A DNA stretch of 64,000 bases from assembly GCA_964016885.1 (NCBI GenBank), contig OZ024740.1:375472001-375536000 (forward strand), in the 5' to 3' direction. The DNA is from Eledone cirrhosa (taxonomy: Eukaryota). The notes beneath the pieces are model-generated. The model did not search any database and was not told the origin of the DNA. It worked only from the letters and a program-made list of their open reading frames with translations. Both the position numbers and the translations under genes were made by a program. Positions 41,801 to 55,585 of the stretch are shown in pieces (within the stretch, counting starts at the first letter, position 1; each line of letters begins with the position of its first letter).

Positions 41801-43465
41801 AACAGGGGCTATTCATCATTTAATAGAATCGACAAAACATGAACAATAAAATTAACTGGTCAATAGCTAAGTCTAGAGCTAAATATAGTAGAATAATCGA
41901 GTATCGAAAAATCGGCGCACGAGTTCACGATAAACAAAATTCGAGATGAGCGGCAGAGGGCTCTATAATTCAAATAAATTAGAGCTATAACTATCGTTAA
42001 ATACCGTCACACGTAGAATATGTCTACAATCAACCAAATAACCGATAAGTTCGATATGGAAGATTCGGGACACTCAGATAAATTATCAATAAATCAATAA
42101 ATGAAATGAATGTAAAATGCATACCCGGACCCACTAGAGAGATGGAATATCTAGATTCTTGGGTTTCTGTAAATCCTTAAACCGTCATCTATCAGCTCAT
42201 ATAAAAATATAAGACTTACAGATGCCGGGGGAGTGGAGTTACTTTATCAACGAGCTTCGTCCGAATGGATAGAAAGACAAGACCCATGCTAAAAATACGC
42301 ACATGGATTTCAGCAAGGGAGATAACCTTTATATCCGCAAAAAAATATTCGGAAAAGTGTGGAAAAAAACACATATCGAATAAGAGTGCTCAATAGACAG
42401 GTTAAAATAAACAGGGGCTATTCATCATTTAATAGAATCGACAAAAAATGAACAATAAAATTAACTGGTCAATAGCTAAGTCTAGAGCTAAATATAGTAG
42501 AGTAATCGAGTATCGAAAAATCGGCGCACGAGTTCACGATAAACAAAATTCGAGATGAGCGGCAGAGGGCTCTATAATTCAAATAAATTAAAGCTATAAC
42601 TATCGTTAAATACCGTCACACGTAGAATATGTCTACAATCAACCAAATAACCGATAAGTTCGATATGGAAGATTCGGGACACTCAGATAAATTATCAATA
42701 AATCAATAAATGAAATGAATGTAAAATGCATACCCGGACCCACTAGAGAGATGGAATATCTAGCTTCTTGGGTTTCTGTAAATCCTTAAACCGTCATCTA
42801 TCAGCTCATATAAAAATATAAGACTTACAGATGCCGGGGGACTGGAGTTACTTTATCAACGAGCTTCGTCCGAATGGATAGAAAGACAAGACCCATGCTA
42901 AAAATACGCACATGGATTTCAGCAAGGGAGATAACCTTTATATCCGCAAAAAAATATTCGGAAAAGTGTGGCAAAAAACACATATCGAATAAGAGTGCTC
43001 AATAGACATGTTAAAATAAACAGGGGCTATTCATCATTTAAAAGAATCGACAAAAAATGAACAATAAAATTAACTGGTCAATAGCTAAGTCTAGAGCTAA
43101 ATATAGTAGAATAATCGAGTATCGAAAAATCGGCGCACAAGTTCACGATGAACAAAATTCGAGATGAGCGGCAGAGGGCTCTATAATTCAAATAAATTAG
43201 AGCTATAACTATCGTTAAATACCGTCACACGTAGAATATGTCTACAATCAACCAAATAACCGATAAGTTCGATATGGAAGATTCGGGACACTCAGATAAA
43301 TTATCAATAAATCAATAAATGAAATGAATGTAAAATGCATACCCGGACCCACTAGAGAGATGTAATATCTAGCTTCTTGGGTTTCTGTAAATCCTTAAAC
43401 AGTCATCTATCAGCTCATATAAAAATATAAGACTTACAGATGCCGGGGGACTGGAGTTACTTTAT

Positions 43466-43469
<4 letters not shown>
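38841..43469. repeat. Tandem array, 609-bp unit x ~7.6, bounded by (TA)n on both sides
   Basis: Units start at 38842, 39451, 40060, 40669, 41278, 41887, 42496 and 43105; only a few substitutions between copies. Confidence 0.98.
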
Positions 43470-44152
<683 letters not shown>

Positions 44153-44171
44153 TATATATATATAATTATAA

Positions 44172-44202
<31 letters not shown>

Positions 44203-44284
44203 CATATATATATAATTTATATATATATATTATAATTTATATATATATATATATATAATAAGAGTTGACCGATCCGGCTTATTT

Positions 44285-44327
<43 letters not shown>

Positions 44328-44331
<4 letters not shown>

Positions 44332-45677
44332 TGTAAGTATGTATGTATACATACAAATATGTATACAGACGCACAGTAGTATGTATATATATACATACAT
44401 ACACACACATATATATGTACGTATGGGTTTACCGAACATTTATTATAATGTTCGGTTTGTTTGTAAACAAAAGAACAGCCCGAATTACGCCGTACAATGT
44501 TTAGGCAACCACGTCACCTTTTTGTTCAACACTGACACAGAAACGGTGTACTAGTTTCAAGCTAATTAGCTATCGTCAGCATCGTATAACTTCCTGACAG
44601 ATGATTGAACGTTGGAAAGTATATACTTTCCTTATTCATATTAACGGCTGAGCAGCCTAATTTGCATATCGAGTGAGTTAGTCGACCGGGAGCATCGAAA
44701 ACGATAAATTGAAAAGAATGAAACAAAATTTCATTTCTCACTCTTAGTACGGCTGATACTTAAATGTAAGTATGTATGTATACGTACATACATATATGTA
44801 TACAGACGTACAGTAGTATGTATATATGTATATACATACATGCACACACATATATATGTACGTATGGGTTTACCGAACATTTTTTATAATGTTCGGTTTG
44901 TTTGTAAACAAACAAACAGCCCGAATTACGCCGCACATTGTTCAGGCAACCATCGTCACATTTTTTGTTCAACACTGACACGGGAACGATGTACTAGTTT
45001 CAAGCTTATTAGCTATCGTCAGCATGGTATACCTTCCAGCCAGATGATTGAACGTCTGAATGTATATACTTTCCTTATGCATACTAACGGCTGAGCAGCC
45101 TAATTTGCATATCGAGTGAGTTAGTCGGCCGGGCACACCGAAGACTATAAATGGAAAAGAATGAAACGAAATTTCATTTCTCATTCCTAGTACGGCTGAT
45201 ACTTAAAAGTAAGTATGTATGTATACGTACATACATATATGTATACAGACGTACAGTAGTATGTATATATATATACATACATGCACACACATATATATGT
45301 ACGTATGGGTTTACCGAACATTTATTATAATGATCGGTTTGTTTGTAAACAAACAAACAGACGTTCAATCATCTGCCAGGAAGATATACGATATTGACGA
45401 TAGCTAATAAGCTTGAAACCAGTACATCCTTCCTGTGTCAGTGTTGAACAAAAATGTTACGATGGTTGCCTGAACACTGTATGGTGTAATTCGGGTTGCT
45501 TGTTTGTTTACAAACAAACAGAAAATTATAATAAATGTTCGGTAAACCCATACGTACATATATATGTGTGTGCATGTATGTATATATACACATACTATTG
45601 TACGTCTGTATACATATATGTATGTACGTATACATACATACTTACATTTAAGTATCAGCCGTACTAAGAGTGAGAAT

Positions 45678-45682
<5 letters not shown>
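44328..45682. repeat. ~435-bp unit in tandem (2 full and 1 partial) followed by an inverted copy; flanked by (TA)n
   Basis: Units from ~44330, ~44763 and ~45205; 45361-45675 is the reverse complement of the unit start. Confidence 0.9.
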
Positions 45683-45757
<75 letters not shown>

Positions 45758-46174
45758 TATGTGTGTATATTGATACGTTTGTAAATATATGCCTGTATGT
45801 CTGTATGTATATGTGTATTCATATGTATGTGTATATATATATATATGTATATATATATATGTGAGTGTATGTATGGATTTGTATGTATATGGTTGCAGCG
45901 TTTATTGAAATATTCACTTCTGCGTTCACAGATTGACTTTGTTAGTTTCAGAAGATGCCGTTAAGGGTGAAAGCAGCGATTCTTTGCTTAAACTTTAATC
46001 TGTTATTTTAATAAATATATATATATTTATATATATATTAGAAAGTGAGGTTTTTTTTACAAATTGAAAAATAACCGAGGTGCCCTACACGAGTGAAAGT
46101 ATAAAGAAAAGAGATGAAATCGAAAATGCAACTGGAGTCTTATTTTTTTTAAAAATACATATATTTATTTGGTT

Positions 46175-46212
46175 CCTTTTCCGGTTTCGCAGTTCTTCTG
46201 CTTTTCAAAAGG
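46175..46212 (-). ncRNA. Minimal hammerhead with U3-A8 core; cleavage-site U mutated
   Basis: cctt-TTGAAAA-gcag aagaa ctgc-GAAA-ccgg-aa-aagg, followed by aataaa. Confidence 0.6.
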
Positions 46213-46261
46213 TGAGTTGAGATGGAGGGTCTGTGGTTTTTCTCATATATATATATACATA

Positions 46262-46296
<35 letters not shown>

Positions 46297-46441
46297 GTAT
46301 TAAGTTGTTAAACAATATTCGATGATTATGTCAAATAATGAGTTTTGCAATAGATTGGAAGCACACAACGGACACACAAAATTATTTTCAGGAGTTATTA
46401 ATATATAAGTATTAATAAAATAGATGTTCTTTTGATCAAAT

Positions 46442-46498
46442 ACATTTTATTATACATATTTCGGATGTACAACACTACGTCCTCATCAGACAAAATAT
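46442..46498 (-). ncRNA. Minimal type I hammerhead ribozyme
   Basis: atattttgt-CTGATGA-ggacgta gtgttg tacatcc-GAAA-tatgta-TA-ataaaatgt. Confidence 0.85.
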
Positions 46499-46499
46499 A

Positions 46500-48270
46500 A
46501 TGATACATAACATACCCTGAGATGTTAAATGGGTAAGATTTAATCAAGGTAGTGATTACCCGAGAGAAAATTTTACTTATATAATATCTGTGTGAGAGTG
46601 CGAAAACGTAATGAATTCATTAGAGCGAGTGTGAGTAAGAAAAAACGTTGCATACTTAAAGTGTTCTAAAATTTCAAATTGTATGATACAATATAATATA
46701 TCTAGGTAAACATCTCATGAATCATAACAGACAGTGATAGCCACTGGAAAAAGATTTATAAGGAGGGAAAGATAAAGTGTGGGATTTTCTTTGAGAAAGT
46801 TAAACGGTTAGACTTTGAAAATATTTAATTTATAATATTAACGTGAAGACTCCAGATTTCAGGATTATTTGCTATTTATTTATATATTATTTATATAAAT
46901 TCGATAAGTGTGTTATCATTTCTAAACTTCTGAATTGTGAGAATAACATTTTAAAGGATGTAGCTGGCACGTAACGAATGAAATATTATACTGTTGATTA
47001 ATTACCTAAATCTAAACTTTAACAAATATCTCAACATATTAGGTATGTAAACCTTTTGAAGTACTTATTGTTATAAATATTTGAATAACTATTATGTATA
47101 TAGGTATATATTAATGAGTCAGTATGTATAAGGTAAATAATACCGACGAAGATAAAAATAAAATAAAATAATATGTTACGGATAAAATTTATACATATGT
47201 ATAATTGGGTGTAAATGTACTAATTATTCATCAACCAAGATAGCAACATATTATTAGATATAGGGATGTATATATATAGATATATGTTAGGTATTATTAA
47301 CGTAGTATACTTTAGAGGGCGGTGAATTGGCAGTATCGGTAGAGGGTCGGATATGCTTTCCAGCAGAGTTACGTCCCTTTACGATCTGAGTTCAAATCCC
47401 GCCGAGGTTAACTTTGCCTTTCATCCATACAGAGGTCGATAAAATAAAGTACCAGTAATGTACTGGGTAATTGCTGGCCTTGTGCCAAAAGTAGAAACAA
47501 TTAATGTAGTATACTTTAGGTAAATGATAACAGTTATACTCTTAACAACGTGTCACATTTAAATATATATATATACGTATAACAAAAACGAACAATGAGT
47601 GCATGTATAAAGTACAAAATAATGTCTATAATAATTTTTAGTTTGGATATTTTCTCTATATTTGAATCATGTATATAGAAGTATGGTAGGTATATTTAAA
47701 AATATTTAAAAATATATAAAATACAATATATAACTACATATATATTATAAAACCTTATATTTAAATAAATAAATAAGAGATCGAAAGTTCAGTGAAAAAT
47801 TCACATTTATATATAAGTTTGAATCCGTCTCAAATTTAGATTTTATAGTGCAGTAAGTATATTTAAAAGAAATATATGCTATATTATACTATAAATAATA
47901 GATCAAAAAGTCATTAAACATTTTGGGTTATATATAAGTTTCATAAAAATGTTTGGATTCGGTATTAAAACTAAAATTTAAAATTGATTACAAATGTATT
48001 AAAAATTCACAGTTAAATAAATTCAATAGATATGTAAGGATTATGTATTGTACTAAATTATAGATAAATGATAGATAAATTATAGATAAATAAAGTTGTG
48101 TGTAAAGTTGTCTGTATGTTTAGGCATGCTAATTGAAATACTGTCATTCGTTCTAACGTTGCCTTTTCTATAGATATTTATAAAATAAAGCAATATTAAA
48201 GACCATTGATGTTTTTTACTGTTGATTATATATTCCTGGTAACCGAGTTGTTATTGGTTCTTTCTTTCTC
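46500..48270 (-). mobile_element. Highly decayed PLE 3' region (GIY-YIG remnant) upstream of the hammerhead
   Basis: Minus-strand remnants QKFRNDNTLIEFI and FSKSNRLTFSKRK resemble the GIY-YIG C-terminus of the other PLEs. Confidence 0.4.
47316..47502 (+). mobile_element. Full-length tRNA-derived SINE with 20-bp TSD
   Basis: A-box-like tggcagtatcggt and B-box gttcaaatcc; attaaYgtagtatactttag at 47296-47315 and 47500-47519. Confidence 0.92.
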
Positions 48271-48310
48271 GTTTTATGTGAGGCTAAATATATAAATATA
48301 TATATATACA

Positions 48311-49347
48311 CATATTATAATTGAATATAAAAGAAAACCCAACACAGGTATATACATATATGTGTTCAAATCGCAAGGGAACAGATTCGCTAAGAGGAAA
48401 AGAATACTAACTATAGACAACAGGGTTTGCCAGACTCAATTTAAGAATACATCAAGAAAATAAATACACCGTAATTGTGGTAACTACCAATCACCCTGAC
48501 AACTTTGGTAATGCTGTTTCGCAAAATTAATTGTGAAGGGAAATACCCATTCTTGCTCATCAGTAGGTGAATAATTAATATCCTGGACAATTCTAAGTAT
48601 ATTAAAAAACTGAATAGTGTGCGTATATATAATAACCCACATGGTATCTGAACTTAGCGTGTCTCACAAACTCACACCACTAAAAATAGCAGCCAGCTTT
48701 ACTCCACATTTGAATTAGCTCAACCAAAGGTATATATTTAGTTAGAAACACAAAATAGTCTCTTACAAAAAAATAGCTCTAGGAAAGATATTTTTCCGAT
48801 CCGTATATTATAATTGAATATAAAAGAAAAGCAAACACAGATATATACAAAATGTGTTCAAATCGCAAGGGACCAGATTCGCTAGGTGAAAAGAATACTA
48901 ACTATAGACAATAGGGTTTGCCAGATTCTATTTAAGAATAAATCAAGAAAATAAATACAAAGCGGAATTGTAGTAACTACCAATCACCCATACATCTTTG
49001 GTAATGCTGTTTAGGAAAATTAATTGTGAAGAGGAATACCGATTCTTGCTCATCAGTGGGTGAAGAATTGGTATCCTGGACAGTTGTAAGTATATTAAAA
49101 AACTGAATAGTGTGCGTATATATAATAACGCACATGGTATCTGAACTTAGCGTGTCTCACGTCGATCTAATTCAAATGTGGAGTAAACCTGGCTGCTATG
49201 TTTAGTGGTGTGAGTTTGTGAGACACGCTAAGTTCAGATACCATGTGCGTTACTCTTTTATATTGAATTATAATATACGGCTTATAATTCCTAGAGCTAT
49301 TTTGTTGTAAGAGACTATTTTGAGTTTCTAACTCAATGTATACCTTT
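48311..49347 (-). mobile_element. Pseudo-LTR-like ~493-bp tandem pair plus inverted segment (49168-49347)
   Basis: 48313 and 48806 start matching units; 49168-49347 is the reverse complement of ~48630-48785; each unit has a hammerhead. Confidence 0.85.
48491..48570 (-). ncRNA. Type I hammerhead with long stem II; second copy at ~48984-49063
   Basis: tcaccta-CTGATGA-gcaagaat...aattttgc-GAAA-cagc attaccaaa gttg-TC-agggtga; copy 2 has a perfect tcaccca/tgggtga stem I but TAAA in place of GAAA. Confidence 0.82.
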
Positions 49348-49355
49348 GATATACA

Positions 49356-49502
<147 letters not shown>

Positions 49503-49940
49503 GTGTATGTGCGTGTTTGTATGTGGGTAGGATAGTGAATATTTATGAATGTACTATGTAATTGTGTGTGTGTGTATAAATATATGCAGTCGTGGGCTGG
49601 CCAGGTTGCTAGGTTGCCCAATAGTAAGTGAACACCAGGGGGCCCACGGTAGCATTGCAAGACCGCACATTAGCATTGCAGGGCCCACTGTATTATTTTA
49701 AGTGTCAATGCTTTGCTTTCAAAAAAGACCAGAAATCTAAGAGAGAGAATACATTTTTTTTAGAAACAAATAAAAAAATTAAGCAGAGCATTTGGTCAAC
49801 CAAATTCCCCAGGGAATTACTAGAAACCAAAATATACGATAGAGAAAATCGCTGGAATCAGTGATTGTAAATTCTACAAAATCTAAAGCTTTGTGTATTA
49901 ATTCATGCTAACATACATATATAGACACAGACGCACAAGC

Positions 49941-50014
<74 letters not shown>

Positions 50015-50018
<4 letters not shown>

Positions 50019-50082
50019 TTAATATAGATGAGATTCTACAGGACTAGAACTGTTTAATTATTTAGAAATCATCAGGAATCTG
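50015..50082 (-). ncRNA. Family A hammerhead copy (GAAA mutated to TAAA) abutting (TA)n
   Basis: Near-identical to 851-916. Confidence 0.75.
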
Positions 50083-51359
50083 GGTATCAAAAAATAAAAA
50101 TGGTATTTATAGGTCTCTACAAGTGGTAGGAGAGGGTGGGGAGTGGGATGGGTGTAGGTCATTGGTTGATAGAAAATTCATTAAAAGCTAATTCTACAAA
50201 GCTATAGTTTATTTTTATTTATTTATGTTTTTAGTAACAAGGGCAGACAGAATTCTATAAACAGGTTCCGGATGGCATACCATTCCTTGTCATTAAGTTT
50301 CTCTTAAGCTAACAGATGTCTATAAGATCAGTGAGGGGTCAGTCATGGTCGATAGAATTAAAGAAAAGGGAGATTCTTTAAAAGCTAAAATCATTAAGGT
50401 TCTACTAAGTGACAAAGGTTTAGAGAATTCTGTAGACAGATTCAAAATACTGAGTGCATATCTTACAATTATCTTGGAACTTCTCTTAAACTAATCAACT
50501 ATATGCCAAAAATCAACAGACACATTCACAAAAAAACATACTCACTCACACACTCACGCGCAACCATAAACACACATACACATACTGTATTAACGTGCCT
50601 ATTATATTGCTACTCTGTTAATGTTGTCTTGTACATGTATGTTATTGATGATGAGAAAGCTAGACAACCCTTTCATCTAATATAGACCACACAAATATTG
50701 CACCTAACACCACAAATATTACTACCCTCACTACAGTGATACATTTTTCATCTGTCAGATAATAAATGATTCCTACGGCCACCAGACCTACATTGTTTAA
50801 AGCTACCGGCTCATCTTTACACTGTATATAATACACCCCATGACAGCTTTTACATGTCAATTTTATACATCTGCCTCATGTCAGCTAGTTTTACACGCTA
50901 AAATCGCAGATATACTATATTTCCCACCTTGATTGATGTTGTGATTATTTCAAATAATTTATTGCTAGCATTGTTAGTATTGTTGTTATTGTTCTGATTG
51001 AATGCCATTACTACTATATAAATTAGCCATGCCTGTATATTCCTTTCATTCTCACAAGCTCCGATGAATTGAGTGATTATAACTTTGTATTGGTGATCGA
51101 ATAACGGGAAAACAAGCGGGTAGCGATCTCTAGACCTACCAGTTCAGAGAAACAATTGTCAGCAATGAGATTAAAAACCTTTTTTGTATAGCAAACCGTG
51201 TCACTCTTCTTTCCTGATTTATATATATATATACAAAGATTTACATACACACAAAATAGACAAAGTCATATATATATATATATATATATATGTTTTTGGC
51301 AACCATTCACAATGTGGCTCAATGACGAATTAATTAATTAAATAATTAACAATCAGAGC

Positions 51360-51950
51360 AATATACAATAAAGTATGTCCATAGAATCATTTGAATATAA
51401 TATATACACCATCTCCTCTCCCAATCAGCATAATCAACTACACAAAAAAAACAATTAAACTAGGCTATAAGATTAAAAGGCTCCTATGAAGAGATAATTG
51501 TTTCTACTTTAGGCACAAGGCCAGCAAATACCCAGTGCATTACTGGTACTTTATTTTATCGACCCCTAAGGATGAAAGGCAAAGTCAACCTCGGCGGGAT
51601 TTGAATTAAGATCGTAAAGGGACGTAACTATGCTGGAAAGCATGGCGTCCGACACTCTACCGATACTGCCAATCCCCCGCCCAATGAAGAAATAATAGAT
51701 AAATAAAGACAGCCATCTATTCACGATCAACCGCTATAGAATATTTACCCAGCACTTCAATAGCACGTGGAAATCGATTAAATATATCGTCAACCATACA
51801 CAATTAGGTATAAAATCAAAGTCAGAAGAAAAAATGTATATAAACATACCAAGATTGCGTGTCTACCCCATGGTTTATTATGCTGATAGGGAGAGCAGAT
51901 GGTGTATATATTTTTCAAATGATTCTATGGACATACTTTAGTGTATATAT
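51360..51950. repeat. Fold-back element (arms ~51360-51440 and ~51870-51950) containing a minus-strand SINE (~51499-51683, ~13-bp TSD)
   Basis: aaagtatgtccatagaatcatttgaa/ttcaaatgattctatggacatacttt arms; TSD atgaagaRataat; related SINE-free copy at ~1140-1390. Confidence 0.8.
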
Positions 51951-52246
51951 ATATAAATGAATTAATTCCGTCGGAAAGGTCCAGGAAAAAGGAGTGCTCT
52001 ATGTAGGTTACAGATCTTATTAGTTATGTAATAAACAACATAAGATAATTATTTCATTTACCAGTGGTTTCTTGATAGCACACAAATTTGCTTTCAGTCA
52101 TCAGAGTGAAAAAATCATAGTGTATTTATTGACAGCGGATTTGAAAAACAAAAATATAATATATCTGAAAGTGAGGCTGGAGGAAGAAGAAGGAATGGAG
52201 AAAAAGAATAATAAATATAAAAGTAGATAAACACACACGCAATCAC

Positions 52247-52278
<32 letters not shown>

Positions 52279-52854
52279 GGGCTCACACATATATAAATAT
52301 ATATATATACAATCAAACTAAATCCATTTAAGAATCTGGTTTTCATACAAATCTAGGTTTTAAACTTTAAGGGAGGTTGAAGGAGTAAAAGAAGGATGGT
52401 GGGTAGCAAGGAGCAAAGGTTTCGGTGAATAGAATTAGTTGTATTAGCAACAGCTGTGACTGTTCTAGTGTTCAGCAACAACAAGAAAAATAAATGAATA
52501 AATATAGGAATAAAATAAAATAAAGTATGCTCATGAGGAAAAGGTAAAGTTTGTATTATTTTTACAGGATATGGACGTGAAACTGGCTGTCTTAAAATGA
52601 TGGGAATCATTTCTAAAGGTTAAAGGTTGTCACTAGAGGGAGGGCTACAGGTTATATATATATATATATACATATTTATACACACACATATATATATATA
52701 TATCCATACATACACATACATACAAATACACAAACACATATATATATATATATATATATATGATGGCTGCCCCCTCGTTACCGAGTATGCCCATTGCACG
52801 AGGAGAAAAAGAAATTAATAAATAAATAAAAAATAAAATAAAAATAAAAAAAAG

Positions 52855-52911
<57 letters not shown>

Positions 52912-52949
52912 CACGCACACACATAAACATATCTATACACACACACACG

Positions 52950-55585
52950 CTAGCAACTAACAGCGCTGCGATCGAATGTGGCTTTTTAGCCCAGCCAATG
53001 ATCTAAAATGTATTGCACAGAGTCGGCAACCAAAACATTCACTGGGAATAGTCGGCTGTGGTTGGAGTTCGTGTACTTTTGTATGTCGCTTGAGCCCTCC
53101 TGCTGATTTACATTCTCTACCACATGTTTAGCAAGCATGATGAGTAGCATCTCCAACAGCAGCCTGGTAGTCAACCACTGGTCTTACTTCATGACTGCGA
53201 AGATGACTTTCTAGTCCAGCTTTGCTTAGGCAGAGTCCTGCACAGACGCTGCATGTCAGCACCATAGGAGGACCCTCGCCGTCTGGAAGTGTAACAACAA
53301 TCCCTTTCCTCACATCACGCTTTACTTTCTCGTATGCGATTCGAGATGCCTCAATAGCAACTTTTCCCTCATATACAGTCTTTCTCCATTTATTACGATC
53401 AGCAGCAATATTTTCCCATGTATCAGCAGAGATGTTAGCGTCTTTCAAAGAGGCTTTCTTGGAATCCTTATACCTCTTTTTTGGTTCATGTGGCGCTCGT
53501 TTTCCTTTAACCAACTCTCCATAAAAGAGTTGTTTTGGTATTCTAGAACCCTTCATCCTGACAAGGTGACCACTCCAACGGAGTCGTTGCTTAAGCACAA
53601 GAGCTTCTATACTGTCACACATAGAGCTTTCCAGAATCTCGACATCACTGATGTGGTCCCTCCAGTGAACGCTATTGACCCGTCTGAGACACATCTGATG
53701 GAAACGCTTCAATTGCTTCAGGTGATGTCGATATGTGACCCAGCTCTCGCAGGCATAAAGAAGATAAGAGAGCACCTTTGTCCTCCTGCATATGTCTCGC
53801 TGACCACAGAGTCGCCTTTATAGCTTTGCGAAAGCATCACTTGCGTTCCTAATCCTAAGTGAGATTTCACTGTCAAGGTTGCTGTAACGATGGACAGTGC
53901 TTTCCAGGTAGACTAACTGATCAACCACTCCAAGTCGTTTACCAGACACATAGATAGTTGGTTCAGTGTACTGCTTACCAGTGGCAGGTTGGTACATGAC
54001 GACGGGTTTCTTGAGACTGACAGTCAATCTCAGGGCAGTGCAAGCGTCAGAAAAAGCATTCAAAATGTGCAGCATATCACTCTCTGTGTGCGCTACAAGA
54101 TCGCAATCATCTGCATACAAGAGGTCTCTTATGATTGATGTAAATAATTTTGTCTTTGCAGCAAAATGCTTGCTGTTAAATATGCTGCCTGAGGTTCGAT
54201 ATCGGATGTAAACACCATGCTCGCAATTCCTGAATGCAATACAGAAAACCATTGCAAAGTATATGGCAAACAGGGTCGGTGCTGGAATATCACCCTGTTT
54301 CACTCCATTTTTTTACTGAGATAGGCTCCGACATGTTACCTCCGACATTATCCCAAGCCTTCATGTCGTCATGGAAAGACCTAACTAAAGCAAGGAACTT
54401 ATCAGGGCAACCAAGTTTCTGGATGACCTTCAATAATGCATCTCTGTTAACAGTATCGAAAGCTTTTGCTAGATCGACAAAAACCTGATACAGATCCAAA
54501 CCTTGTTCCATGCACTTCTCCTGGAGCTGTCTAGCTGAGAAGATCATATCAGTAGTGCCGCGTCCAGCACGAAACCAGATTGACTTTCAGGAAGAACACA
54601 ATCTGCAATGTGTGTCAGCAGACGGTCCAGAAGCACCCTACATAACACTTACACTACGACAGAAAGCAATGATATACCTCGGTAGTTCCCACAATCATTC
54701 CTGTTACCCTTTCCCTTGTACAAGACCACCACCACTGCATCTCCCCAGTCCTCAGGTACGGATTCATTAGCCCATATCCTGCCAAAGAAAGAGTGAAGAT
54801 GTTGCAGGAGTCTCTCACCACCATATTGTAGGAGCTCAGCATGTATGCCATCCATACCTGGAGATCTTCCACTGTTCAGCTTCGAAATAGCCACTGCAAC
54901 CTCCACAAGCGTCGGAGGTTTTGCGAGAGCTGCTTTCACAGGACTTTCTGGAATTAGATTGAGGAAATCTTCACTGACGACAGACGGCTGATTCAAAAGA
55001 TCATCAAAGTGCTCTCGCCACCTTCGTAGAATTCCTCGTGAGTCACGAAGAAGTTATTTGCCATCCTTGCTGCGAAGCGGTGTCACCAGAGAAGAAGACG
55101 GTCCATAAACCTCACGCAAGAGACTGTACAACAGCTTTGTGTTATTGGAATCTGACGCAGTTTGTATCTCACCAGCCTTCTCACTCCACCACTGATCCTT
55201 CATCTGAGAAAGACTCCGCCTAACACGTGATTTTACATCCTTGAATTCCTCATGCAACGTATTCCTCTCCTGTGGTTTTGCCGTCAATTAGCGTGACAGA
55301 GCACGCCTCTTATCAGCCAACATGTCTTCTATATGTACATCATTCTCATTAAACCAGTCCTGATGTTTTCTCTGCACCAATCCCAGAACACACCTGCCTA
55401 CATCTTAAACCGACTTTTTAAGGGTCGACCAATCCTCACCAAGATCTGCAGCCTGCATCTCTTCTTCCAATGTCCTCTTCACATTTTTATCCTTAAGATG
55501 AGCATCATTCAATCTTTTGGGCAGTGCAACACCAGGAGCCCGGATTTTACGTTTAGTGATTAGTTTCACTTTTGCGCGTACCAGG
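52950..55585 (-). mobile_element. RTE (BovB-like) LINE, 5'-truncated and frameshifted
   Basis: SPGMDGIHAELL, NYRGISLLS, MIFSARQLQEKCMEQ, FVDLAKAFDTV, KQGDIPAPTLF, LLYADDCDL, LLYACESW, RLRWSGH, terminal CSVC...GLESHLRSH zinc finger. Confidence 0.95.

Noticed and set aside
38841-43469. Array as CRISPR, 5S rDNA or a snRNA/tRNA cluster
   Set aside because: Whole units are near-identical with no unique spacers, I recognised no 5S, snRNA or tRNA sequence, and the context is eukaryotic.
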